Source of the DNA: Eledone cirrhosa | Lineage: Eukaryota | Direction of reading: 5' to 3' | Length of the DNA stretch: 46,782 nt | Assembly: GCA_964016885.1 (NCBI GenBank) | Contig: CAXHJY010001542.1 | Coordinates: 1-46,782, forward strand | In this document: positions 12,601 to 24,900 of the stretch, one piece after another | Position numbering within the stretch: the first letter of the stretch is position 1 | Layout of the letters: every line of letters begins with the position of its first letter | Notes under the pieces: model-generated | Told to the model about the DNA's origin: nothing | The model's database searches: none | The model's input: the letters and a program-made list of their open reading frames with translations, nothing else | Program-made: the position numbers and the translations under genes

Positions 12601-14903
12601 TCGTCGTCATAATTATCATGCTTGTATATGTTTGATTATGCATCTTATAAGTTGTATTTTCCATAAATTTTGGCTGTTTTTTTTTCAGGTTGGATGCCCC
12701 TTATCACCAGCCACTTTACATCGTTGACTGGATGCATTTTATTGTACCACCAGTACTTAAGAGCTTGTTTCACGAAACTTAAGAGTCCTCTCTACCCTGT
12801 ATCAGATTTTTTCAGAGTGACTGCTATCCTGGATGGATTGCCTTCACTACTATGTATTTTTGTAAATTTCACCTAACAAATTTCACTTGCAAGGTATCGG
12901 TTAGCCCAAAGTTATAGTAGAAAACACTTGCTCAAGGTGCCATGCAGAAGGACAGAACCAACCTAGAACCACACAGTTGTGAAGCGAACTCCTTACCCAC
13001 ACAGCTATATCTGTCCATGTATAGAATGATACAGCAAATATATATAGAAGGTGGTAAAAGTACCCAGACTAGTCCTGTTTTAAAAAAACTAATATATTTA
13101 CATAAGTTTTAACATCATCTTCTAAATACACCACTCCCAACAATACACCACTCCCAACAATATACACACACTACAGCATACACATGAGCACAAAAACGCA
13201 AATTTCACAGCAATATCACTCGTCACAGTGGTGCATGAAGGTCACTGCTAGCTCTCACTGCGCTCATAACCTTGTGTTTCTATCTGCTGGTGCATGAAGG
13301 TCACTGCTAGCTCTCACTGCGCTCACAACCTTGTGTTTCTATCTGCTGGTGCGCTACAGATCTAGTCGGGAAATGTTTTGATATTTTGATACCACCTCAT
13401 AAATATAGAATGATATTTGAAATAATTGTTTCTACTTTTGGCAGAAGGCCAGCAATTATCCCAGTATATTACTGATCGACCCCGTAAGGATGAAAGGCAA
13501 AGTTAACTTCGGCGGGATTTGAACTCAGACCATAAAGGGCCGTAACTCTTTGCTGCAAAGCATGGCGTCAGACCCTCTACCGATACTGCCAATCCACCAC
13601 CATGATATTTGAAATAATGGTTTCTAATCCATGCACGCAGCTTGCAATTTGTGGGGAGATTGAAAGTTGATTATATCAACCACAGTATTTAACTGGTACT
13701 TTATTTTACTAACACCTGGAAGCGAAGTTAACCTCGGCAGGATAAAAACTAAGATCATAAAGATTCATAGCTAAATACCTCAAAGTATTTTATTTAACAA
13801 TTCTGCCAATTCACCACCCTAATAATAATGATAATAATAGTAAAAATAACAAACATTGTTTCTGATTTAGGCACAAGGCCAGCAATTTAAGGAGAGGGGT
13901 GGGGGGAAAGTCTAGTAAATTGACCCTAGTGCATGACGGTGCTTTATTTTATCGACCCTTTAAGGATGAAAGGCAAAACTAACCTCAGAGGGATTTGAAA
14001 TTCAGAAGGTAAAGCAATGTACTCTATGCCGCAAAGCATAGTGATTGAACTCTACCGATACTGCTATTCCACTACTCCGATGATATATGAAATAATGATA
14101 TAGTATATATATACTATATCATTATACTGTGACAATTGGCTCATGTATCCCCATATATATATCAGGATACATGAGCCAATTGTCAGATTGGACCAAGGAA
14201 ACAATGTTCCCATTGGTCTTTCAATTGCTGATATTATCTGCCGGTCATAATGGGAAATAAAACCATTTTGCTCCAGAACACAGCACGTTGCTTGCTCCAG
14301 AAATTGAACCTATGGCCATATGACAGCCTGACTACTGATATGTGAAGTAAAGGGGGTGAACTGAGTCATTAGAATGTCAGATAGAATACTTTGCAGTATT
14401 TGTTCTGGTTCTCTGCCCTCTCCGAGGTCAAATCCTGAATGAGGACAACTTCACCTTTCATCCCTTTAATTTCAATAAATTAAAGTACCAGTCAAGTACT
14501 GGGGTCGATTCTTCCTCTATATCTCTTTCTCACTTCTCTCTCTGGAAGAAATCAGCTGTGTTCAGACCTGGAGAGAAGAAATGGACTTTTCCAGGTTTAA
14601 AGAGCCAAAGACACATTATATGTCAATACTGACCCCATCAGGAGTTACATGTCCATACATATATACATACACACATACATACATATATACATACACACAT
14701 ACATACATATATACATACATACACATACATACATACACACACATATATACATACACACACATATATACATACATACATACACATATATACATACATACAT
14801 GCCCATAAATACATATATACATATATACATACATACATACATATATACATACATACATACACATATATACATACATACACATATATACATACATTCCCAT
14901 ATA

Positions 14904-14937
<34 letters not shown>

Positions 14938-17900
14938 CATACATACACATATATACATACATACACATATATACACATATACATACATACATGCCCATAA
15001 ATACATATATACACATATATACATACACACATACATATATACATACATACACACACATGTATATATACATACACATATATACACATATACATACATACAT
15101 GCCCATAAATACATATATATACATACACACATACATACATATATACATACATACACACACATATATACATACATACATGCCCATAAATACATATATATAC
15201 ATATATACATACACACATACATATATACATACATACACATATATACATACATACACATATATACACATATATACATACATACATGCCCATATATACATAT
15301 ATACATACATATACACATGTCCATACATACATATGCACATACATACAGTAAATATAGAGTTACTTACGACTGCTGATAATGATTCAGGCTTGATGTTTGA
15401 CTAAAGTTCTTGATACTCCACGTCAAATGGGACTTGTTCCATTTTGTAACTGAAAAAAACCCCCACAAAAACGATTTTAATAGAGAGACATGAAAACATC
15501 CATAACTACCATCACCACCACCACCACCACTACTACTGCTGCTGTTACTACTACTACTACTCCTGCTGCTGCTGTTACTACAACTGCTGCTGCTGCTGCT
15601 GTTACTGCTGCTGCTGTTACTACTGCTGCTGTTACTACTGCTACTGTTACTACTACTACTACTCCTGCTGCTGCTGTTACTACAACTGCTGCTGCTGCTG
15701 CTGTTACTACTGCTACTGTTACTACTACTTTTTAAACAACAAATAAACAACTAAAAAATAATTCAAGAGCAGCTTTTGTTAATAATTACCCTTTCTAAAT
15801 GCAGCTCCTTGTTCAATGTCTTTGACACCACAGCGTGGCTTAATCATTTTCTTTTTGGTGGCTTTATCTAAAACTCCAGTAACATCCAAGCCATTGAACT
15901 TCTGGAATGAACTGTCCAAGGAACAAAACAAAACAAAATAAGGTTTTGAAATAATGGTTTCTGATTTAGGCACAATGCCAACAACTTTGGGAAAGGGGAA
16001 AGTCTATTAAATCGACCCCAGTGTGTTACTGAATGAAAAGCAAAGTTAATCTTGGCAGGATTTGAACTCAGAATGTAAAGAGCTGTAACTCTATGCTGCA
16101 AAGCATGGTATCCGACGCTGTACTAATTCTGCCAACCACTGCCCATAATTATGATAATAATAATAAAAATGCTGGTTCTGTGAGAGAAATACTGAAACAT
16201 AACGCTTATAAATCATTATATATCAACATTTCTATATCCATCGTTATATCATAATGTTTATATATTTCCATCGTTATATCATAAATGTTTATATATTTCC
16301 ATCGTTATATCATAATGTTTATATATTTCCATCGTTATATCATAAATGTTTATATATTTCCATCGTTATATCATAAATGTTTATATATTTCCATCGTTAT
16401 ATCATAATGTTTAAATGTATCATGGATTACTTTACTGATTACAGAAGAAAGTGTAACACAGTCTTTGTTTAATTTATGTGCATATTGTCAATTTACTTTT
16501 CAATTTACATATCTTATCTATATGTATATATATTTGTGTATAATATCAATATGCACACTACATATATTAGCAGAAAATCGCATGGAGGGCAATTCTTCTG
16601 CTAATTATAATAAAAGATAAAAAGAAGAAATTGTAGACATGTCAGTACCTGCTGATTGCAATGTGTCTTTCAAGATATTTGAAAAGATCTAAAAGTACAA
16701 GGATCTTGAAATAGAAATTGAAAAATGTGAGGTATGAAGGCCCCTCATTATTCCAGTTGCAGTTGAAGCACTGGGCCTGATAAACAAGGGAACTGACAAG
16801 CTCTTGGATCACATGCCAGGTAAACCTTATATAAAAGAAACTAAAAAAATTGTATTTACTAGTACTACACACATTTTGTGAAGCGCATTGTCAATATAAT
16901 ATTGGGAGGGCAAACCACGTTGCACTCACGGACAAAAGGGTGCGCTTTATCCATTATATATTTTGTAACAATCAGTTATCTATGGAGCTGAAAAATGTGT
17001 CTTTATAAATCCACCCCAAGCCCCTGGTTGAGGTCCAGTGGAGTGTATGTAAATATACAGATATCCAAGGAAAATAATAATAATTGTTTCTACTTTTGGC
17101 ATAAGGCCAGCAAATACCCAGTACATTACTGGTACTTTATTTTATCTACCCTGTAAGGATGAAAGGCAAAGTTAACCTCAGCGGGATTTGAACTCGGATC
17201 ATAAAGGGACGCAACTCTATGCTGGAAAGCATGGCGTCCGACCCTCTACCAATTCTGCCAAACCACAATGATTTCTACTATAGGTACAAGACCAGCAATT
17301 TTAGAGGAGGAGGAAAATCAAATAAATCGACCCCCGTGTATTACTGGTGCTTTATTTTATCAACCCTGTATTGATGAAAGGCAAAGTTAACCTTGGCAGG
17401 ATTTGAACTCTATGCTGCAAAGCATGGTATCCAACCCACCGCCCACTCACAGGGCTCATATTAAGAGTACAATAAAGACGGTACAGGACAGTACAGTATA
17501 GTTTTTTTTTGTGTGAGAGAAAGGTTTATAAAGAAGACTAAAATCAAAACATAACACATTCCCCAAAAGCAGGGACACCTCCGTGGGTCACTCATGGAGA
17601 AAGCCCACAAAAATACATGGTAACCTTGTCCACTAGGGCAAGTGCCCTCTCTCAGTTGTCCTTCTCCAATTTACAGGCACATAACACAGTCTTTCCTCTT
17701 CATTGCATTACTCAATAAAGAGGGAAAATTGTGTTGGTTTGTTGATATGCTGCGTGCCCATTCCATATAAGAATGTTGGACAAACAATGTGAGAAAATAG
17801 AAATCTACCAACACTTCCAATATGAAATGTAGAGAATCAGGAATTGCTGTTATGTTGTTATCATCCCAATTATAATAGGAGTGTAAGGAAAAGTGGTAAG

Positions 17901-18411
17901 AGGTTGTTTGAAGATGTTAGATACTAGGAGTGTATTTCCTGATTCTACAGAAGGCTTGTTTGCTTCTCACCAAATACCAAAAGCTACAGTGATTAAGTTT
18001 AAAAGTTTGAATGGCTTGTTGAAAATTTTGGGTTTCATCATCATCATCACCATTTAATATCCATTTTTCCATGCTAGCATGAGTTAGACAAGTTATCCTA
18101 TTGTGAATCAAACCAGGTCAGATGACCATGTCTTGCTCATACAGAACTGATTTTGGCTTGGTTTCTATGGAAGGATGCCCTTCCTAATGCCAACCACATT
18201 TACAGTGTGGACTGGGTGCTTTTTGTCATGTCACCTACATGACCACTTTACAGTGGATGGAAGTTGGAAGATGGAGTAGGGTGTGTGGGCTGGGTTGTAT
18301 ATTGGTTTAAGAGGTGCCTACTGACTGTAGGTTTAAGTTTGTATGCAAGGGAAGGCGGGTCTTCTGTACAATTGCATAGCGCGAAAGACCTTGATCCAGT
18401 GACATTGTCTT

Positions 18412-18448
<37 letters not shown>

Positions 18449-18862
18449 ATGTTCATATTACCTGATTGCAAGTGACAGTTTTTCAGGAGGTGTCTCTTGG
18501 CCACGATTCAAGCCAGTTTCTTCAGCGAGATAACCAAACTGCTCTAAGTATTTCTAGAAAAATACAGGTGATAAATTATTGATACGCTAAAACAAACTCT
18601 AACGATGCCGAAGGTTAAATTTATAAATAAGTTTTATGAAATTTTAAAATTTAAACTTTTTAAGGTTTTTGAACTGTAACTCTATGACCTCTGGGTGAAG
18701 TTTAGGTCAGGTGAAACATGTATTAGTTTGAAATCGCATTGATTTTTAGGTGGTTTTTTAGTAATAGTATATAACAGCTCTGCGTAAACCCTATTGCATT
18801 GGGCTTCTAAATATTCATTAAATTTTTAATACTCAACTTAATAATGATATTATTAATATCAC

Positions 18863-18925
<63 letters not shown>

Positions 18926-21900
18926 TACATACTAGATCTCTAATATAGTAAAAAATATCAGCACCAATAACCAATAATAAGAACAATAACAAAATAAAAT
19001 AATGATTAGTAAACCCAAAAGTCAAGACTGAAGTAGAGACATGCAAAATATAGACGGTAGTTGAAAATAATATTTACCTCAATAGAGAGATGTAAAGTGT
19101 AAAGGACAGCTAAGGTTAATATTTACCTCACTAGAGAGACATGAAATATATACAGGACAGCTAAGGGTAATATTTACCTCACTAGAGAGACATGAAATAT
19201 ATACAGGACAGCTAAGGGTAATATTTACCTCACTAGAGAGACATGAAATATATACAGGACAGCTAAGAGTAATATTTACCTCACTAGAGAGACATGAAAT
19301 ATATACAGGACATTTGAGGGTAATATTTACCTCACTAGAGAGACATGAAATATATACAGGACAGCTAAGGGTAATATTTACCTCACTAGAGAGACATGAA
19401 ATATATACAGGACAGCTGAGGGTAATATTTACCTCACTAGAGAGACATGAAATATATACAGGACAGCTAAGGGTAATATTTACCTCACTAGAGAGACATG
19501 AAATATATACAGGACAGCTGAGGGTAATATTTACCTCACTAGAGAGACATGAAATATATACAGGACAGCTAAGGGTAATATTTACCTCACTAGAGAGACA
19601 TGAAATATATACAGGACAGCTGAGGGTAATATTTACCTCACTAGAGAGATATGAAATATATACAGGACAGCTAAGGGTAATATTTACCTCACTAGAGAGA
19701 CATGAAATATATACAGGACAGCTAAGGGTAATATTTACCTCACTAGAGAGACATGAAATATATACAGGACAGCTAAGGGTAATATTTACCTCACTAGAGA
19801 GACATGAAATATATACAGGACAGCTAAGGGTAATATTTACCTCACTAGAGAGACATGAAATATATACAGGACAGCTAAGGGTAATATTTACATCACTAGA
19901 GAGACATGAAATATATACAGGACAGCTAAGGGTAATATTTACCTCACTAGAGAGACATGAAATATATACAGGACAGCTAAGGGTAATATTTACCTCACTA
20001 GAGAGATATGAAATATATACAGGACAGCTGAGGGTAATATTTAGTTCACTAGAGAGACATGAAATATATACAGGACAGCTAAGGGTAATATTTACCTCAC
20101 TAGAGAGACATGAAATATATACAGGACAGCTAAGGGTAATATTTACCTCACTAGAGAGACATGAAATATATACAGGACAGCTAAGGGTAATATTTACCTC
20201 ACTAGAGAGACATGAAATATATACAGGACAGCTGAGGGTAATATTTAGTTCACTAGAGAGACATGAAATATATACAGGACAGCTAAGGGTAATATTTACC
20301 TCACTAGAGAGACATGAAATATATACAGGACAGCTAAGGGTAATATTTACCTCACTAGAGAGACATGAAATATATACAGGACAGCTGAGGGTAATATTTA
20401 CCTTAATAGAGAGACATGAAATATATACAGGACAGCTAAGGGTAATATTTACCTCACTAGAGAGACATGAAATATATACAGGACAGCTAAGGGTAATATT
20501 TACCTCACTAGAGAGACATGACATATATACAGGACAGCTGAGGGTAATATTTACCTCACTAGAGAGACATGAAATATATACAGGACAGCTAAGGGTAATA
20601 TTTACCTCACTAGAGAGACATGAAATATATACAGGACAGCTAAGGGTAATATTTACCTCACTAGAGAGACATGAAATATATACAGGACAGCTGAGGGTAA
20701 TATTTACCTTAATAGAGAGACATGAAATATATACAGGACAGCTAAGGGTAATATTTACCTCACTAGAGAGACATGAAATATATACAGGACAGCTAAGGGT
20801 AATATTTACCTCACTAGAGAGACATGAAATATATACAGGACAGCTAAGGGTAATATTTACCTTAATAGAGAGACATGAAATATATACAGGACAGCTAAGG
20901 GTAATATTTACCTCACTAGAGAGACATGAAATATATACAGGACAGCTAAGGGTAATATTTACCTCACTAGAGAGACATGAAATATATACAGGACAGCTAA
21001 GGGTAATATTTACCTCACTAGAGAGATATGAAATATATACAGGACAGCTAAGGGTAATATTTACCTCACTAGAGAGACATGAAATATATACAGGACAGCT
21101 AAGGGTAATATTTACCTTAATAGAGAGACATGAAATATATACAGGACAGCTAAGGGTAATATTTACCTCACTAGAGAGACATGAAATATATACAGGACAG
21201 CAAAGGGTAATATTTACCTCACTAGAGAGACATGAAATATATACAGGACAGCTAAGGGTAATATTTACCTAACTAGAGAGATATGAAATATATACAGGAC
21301 AAGCTAAGGGTAATATTTACCTCACTAGAGAGATATGAAATATATACAGGACAGCTAAGGGTAATATTTACCTCACTAGAGAGATATGAAATATATACAG
21401 GACAGCTAAGGGTAATATTTACCTCACTAGAGAGATATGAAATATATACAGGACAGCTAAGGGTAATATTTACCTCACTAGAGAGACATGAAATATATAC
21501 AGGACAGCTGAGGGTAATATTTACCTTAATAGAGAGACATGAAATATATACAGGACAGCTAAGGGTAATATTTACCTCACTAGAGAGACATGAAATATAT
21601 ACAGGACAGCTAAGGGTAATATTTACCTCACTAGAGAGACATGAAATATATACAGGACAGCTGAGGGTAATATTTACCTCACTAGAGAGACATTAAATAT
21701 ATACAGGACAGCTAAGGGTAATATTTACCTCACTAGAGAGACATGAAATATATACAGGACAGCTAAGGGTAATATTTACCTCACTAGAGAGACATGAAAT
21801 ATATACAGGACAGCTAAGGGTAATATTTACCTTAATAGAGAGACATGAAATATATACAGGACAGCTAAGGGTAATATTTACCTCACTAGAGAGACATGAA

Positions 21901-24900
21901 ATATATACAGGACAGCTAAGGGTAATATTTACCTCACTAGAGAGACATGAAATATATACAGGACAGCTAAGGGTAATATTTACCTCACTAGAGAGATATG
22001 AAATATATACAGGACAGCTAAGGGTAATATTTACCTCACTAGAGAGACATGAAATATATACAGGACAGCTAAGGGTAATATTTACCTTAATAGAGAGACA
22101 TGAAATATATACAGGACAGCTAAGGGTAATATTTACCTCACTAGAGAGACATGAAATATATACAGGACAGCTAAGGGTAATATTTACCTCACTAGAGAGA
22201 CATGAAATATATACAGGACAGCTAAGGGTAATATTTACCTAACTAGAGAGATATGAAATATATACAGGACAGCTAAGGGTAATATTTACCTCACTAGAGA
22301 GATATGAAATATATACAGGACAGCTAAGGGTAATATTTACCTCACTAGAGAGATATGAAATATATACAGGACAGCTAAGGGTAATATTTACCTCACTAGA
22401 GAGATATGAAATATATACAGGACAGCTAAGGGTAATATTTACCTCACTAGAGAGACATGAAATATATACAGGACAGCTAAGGGTAATATTTACCTCACTA
22501 GAGAGACATGAAATATATACAGGACAGCTAAGGGCAATATTTACCTCACTAGAGAGACATGAAATATATACAGGACAGCTAAGGGTAATATTTACCTCAC
22601 TAGAGAGACATGAAATATATACAGGACAGCTAAGGGCAATATTTACCTCACTAGAGAGATATGAAATATATACAGGACAGCTAAGGGTAATATTTACCTT
22701 AATAGAGAGACATGAAATATATACAGGACAGCTAAGGGCAATATTTACCTCACTAGAGAGACATGAAATATATACAGGACAGCTAAGGGTAATATTTACC
22801 TCACTAGAGAGATATGAAATATATACAGGACAGCTAAGGGTAATATTTACCTCACTAGAGAGATATGAAATATATACAGGACAGCTAAGGGCAATATTTA
22901 CCTCACTAGAGAGATATGAAATATATACAGGACAGCTAAGGGCAATATTTACCTCACTACAGAGACATGAAATATATACAGGACAGCTAAGGGTAATATT
23001 TACCTCACTAGAGAGACATGAAATATATACAGGACAGCTAAGGGCAATATTTACCTCACTAGAGAGACATGAAATATATACAGGACAGCTAAGGGTAATA
23101 TTTACCTCACTAGAGAGACATGAAATATATACAGGACAGCTAAGGGTAATATTTACCTCACTAGAGAGATATGAAATATATACAGGACAGCTAAGGGTAA
23201 TATTTACCTTAATAGAGAGACATGAAATATATACAGGACAGCTAAGGGTAATATTTACCTTAATAGAGAGATATGAAATATATACAGGACAGCTAAGGGT
23301 AATATTTACCTCACTAGAGAGACATGAAATATATACAGGACAGCTAAGGGTAATATTTACCTCACTAGAGAGACATGAAATATATACAGGACAGCTAAGG
23401 GTAATATTTACCTCACTAGAGAGACATGAAATATATACAGGACAGCTGAGGGTAATATTTACCTTAATAGAGAGACATGAAATATATACAGGACAGCTAA
23501 GGGTAATATTTACCTTAATAGAGAGACATGAAATATATACAGGACAGCTAAGGGTAATATTTACCTTAATAGAGAGACATGAAATATATACAGGACAGCT
23601 AAGGGTAATATTTACCTTAATAGAGAGACATGAAATATATACAGGACAGCTGAGGGTAATATTTACCTCACTAGAGAGACATGAAATATATACAGGACAG
23701 CTAAGGGTAATATTTACCTCACTAGAGAGACATGAAATATATACAGGACAGCTAAGGGTAATATTTACCTCACTACAGAGACATAAAATATATACAGGAC
23801 AGCTAAGTGTAATATTTACCTCACTAGAGAGACATGAAATATATACAGGACAGCTAAGGGTAATATTTACCTTAAACGAGAGACATGAAATATATACAGG
23901 ACAGATAAGGGTAATATTTACCTTAATAGAGAGACATGAAATATATACAGGACAGCTAAGGGTAATATTTACCTCACTAGAGAGATATGAAATATATACA
24001 GGACAGCTAAGGGTAATATTTACCTTAATAGAGAGACATGAAATATATACAGGACAGCTAAGGGTAATATTTACCTCACTATAGAGATATGAAATATATA
24101 CAGGACAGCTAAGGGTAATATTTACCTCACTAGAGAGACATGAAATATATACAGGACAGCTAAGGGTAATATTTACCTCACTAGAGAGACATGAAATATA
24201 TACAGGACAGCTAAGGGTAATATTTACCTCACTAGAGAGATATGAAATATATACAGGACAGCTAAGGGTAATATTTACCTCACTAGAGAGATATCAAATA
24301 TATACAGGACAGCTAAGGGTAATATTTACCTCACTACAGAGACATGAAATATATACAGGACAGCTAAGGGTAATATTTACCTCACTACAGAGACATGAAA
24401 TATATACAGGACAGCTAAGGGTAATATTTACCTCACTAGAGAGACATGAAATATATACAGGACAGCTAAGGGTAATATTTACCTCACTAGAGAGACATGA
24501 AATATATACAGGACAGCTAAGGGTAATATTTACCTTAATAGAGAGACATGAAATATATACAGGACAGCTAAGGGTAATATTTACCCCACTAGAGAGATAT
24601 GAAATATATACAGGACAGCTAAGGGTAATATTTACCTCACTAGAGAGACATGAAATATATACAGGACAGCTAAGGGTAATATTTACCTCACTAGAGAGAC
24701 ATGAAATATATACAGGACAGCTAAGGGTAATATTTACCTCACTATAGAGACATGAAATATATACAGGACAGCTAAGGGTAATATTTACCTCACTAGAGAG
24801 ACATGAAATATATACAGGACAGCTAAGGGTAATATTTACCTTAATAGAGAGACATGAAATATATACAGGACAGCTAAGGGTAATATTTACCTCACTAGAG

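Noticed and set aside
19314-21696. 652-aa and 137-aa plus-strand ORFs ([17 protein letters not shown])n
   Set aside because: A stop-free frame of a 51-bp repeat with a non-ATG or incidental start, antisense to the MMP. No independent coding evidence.
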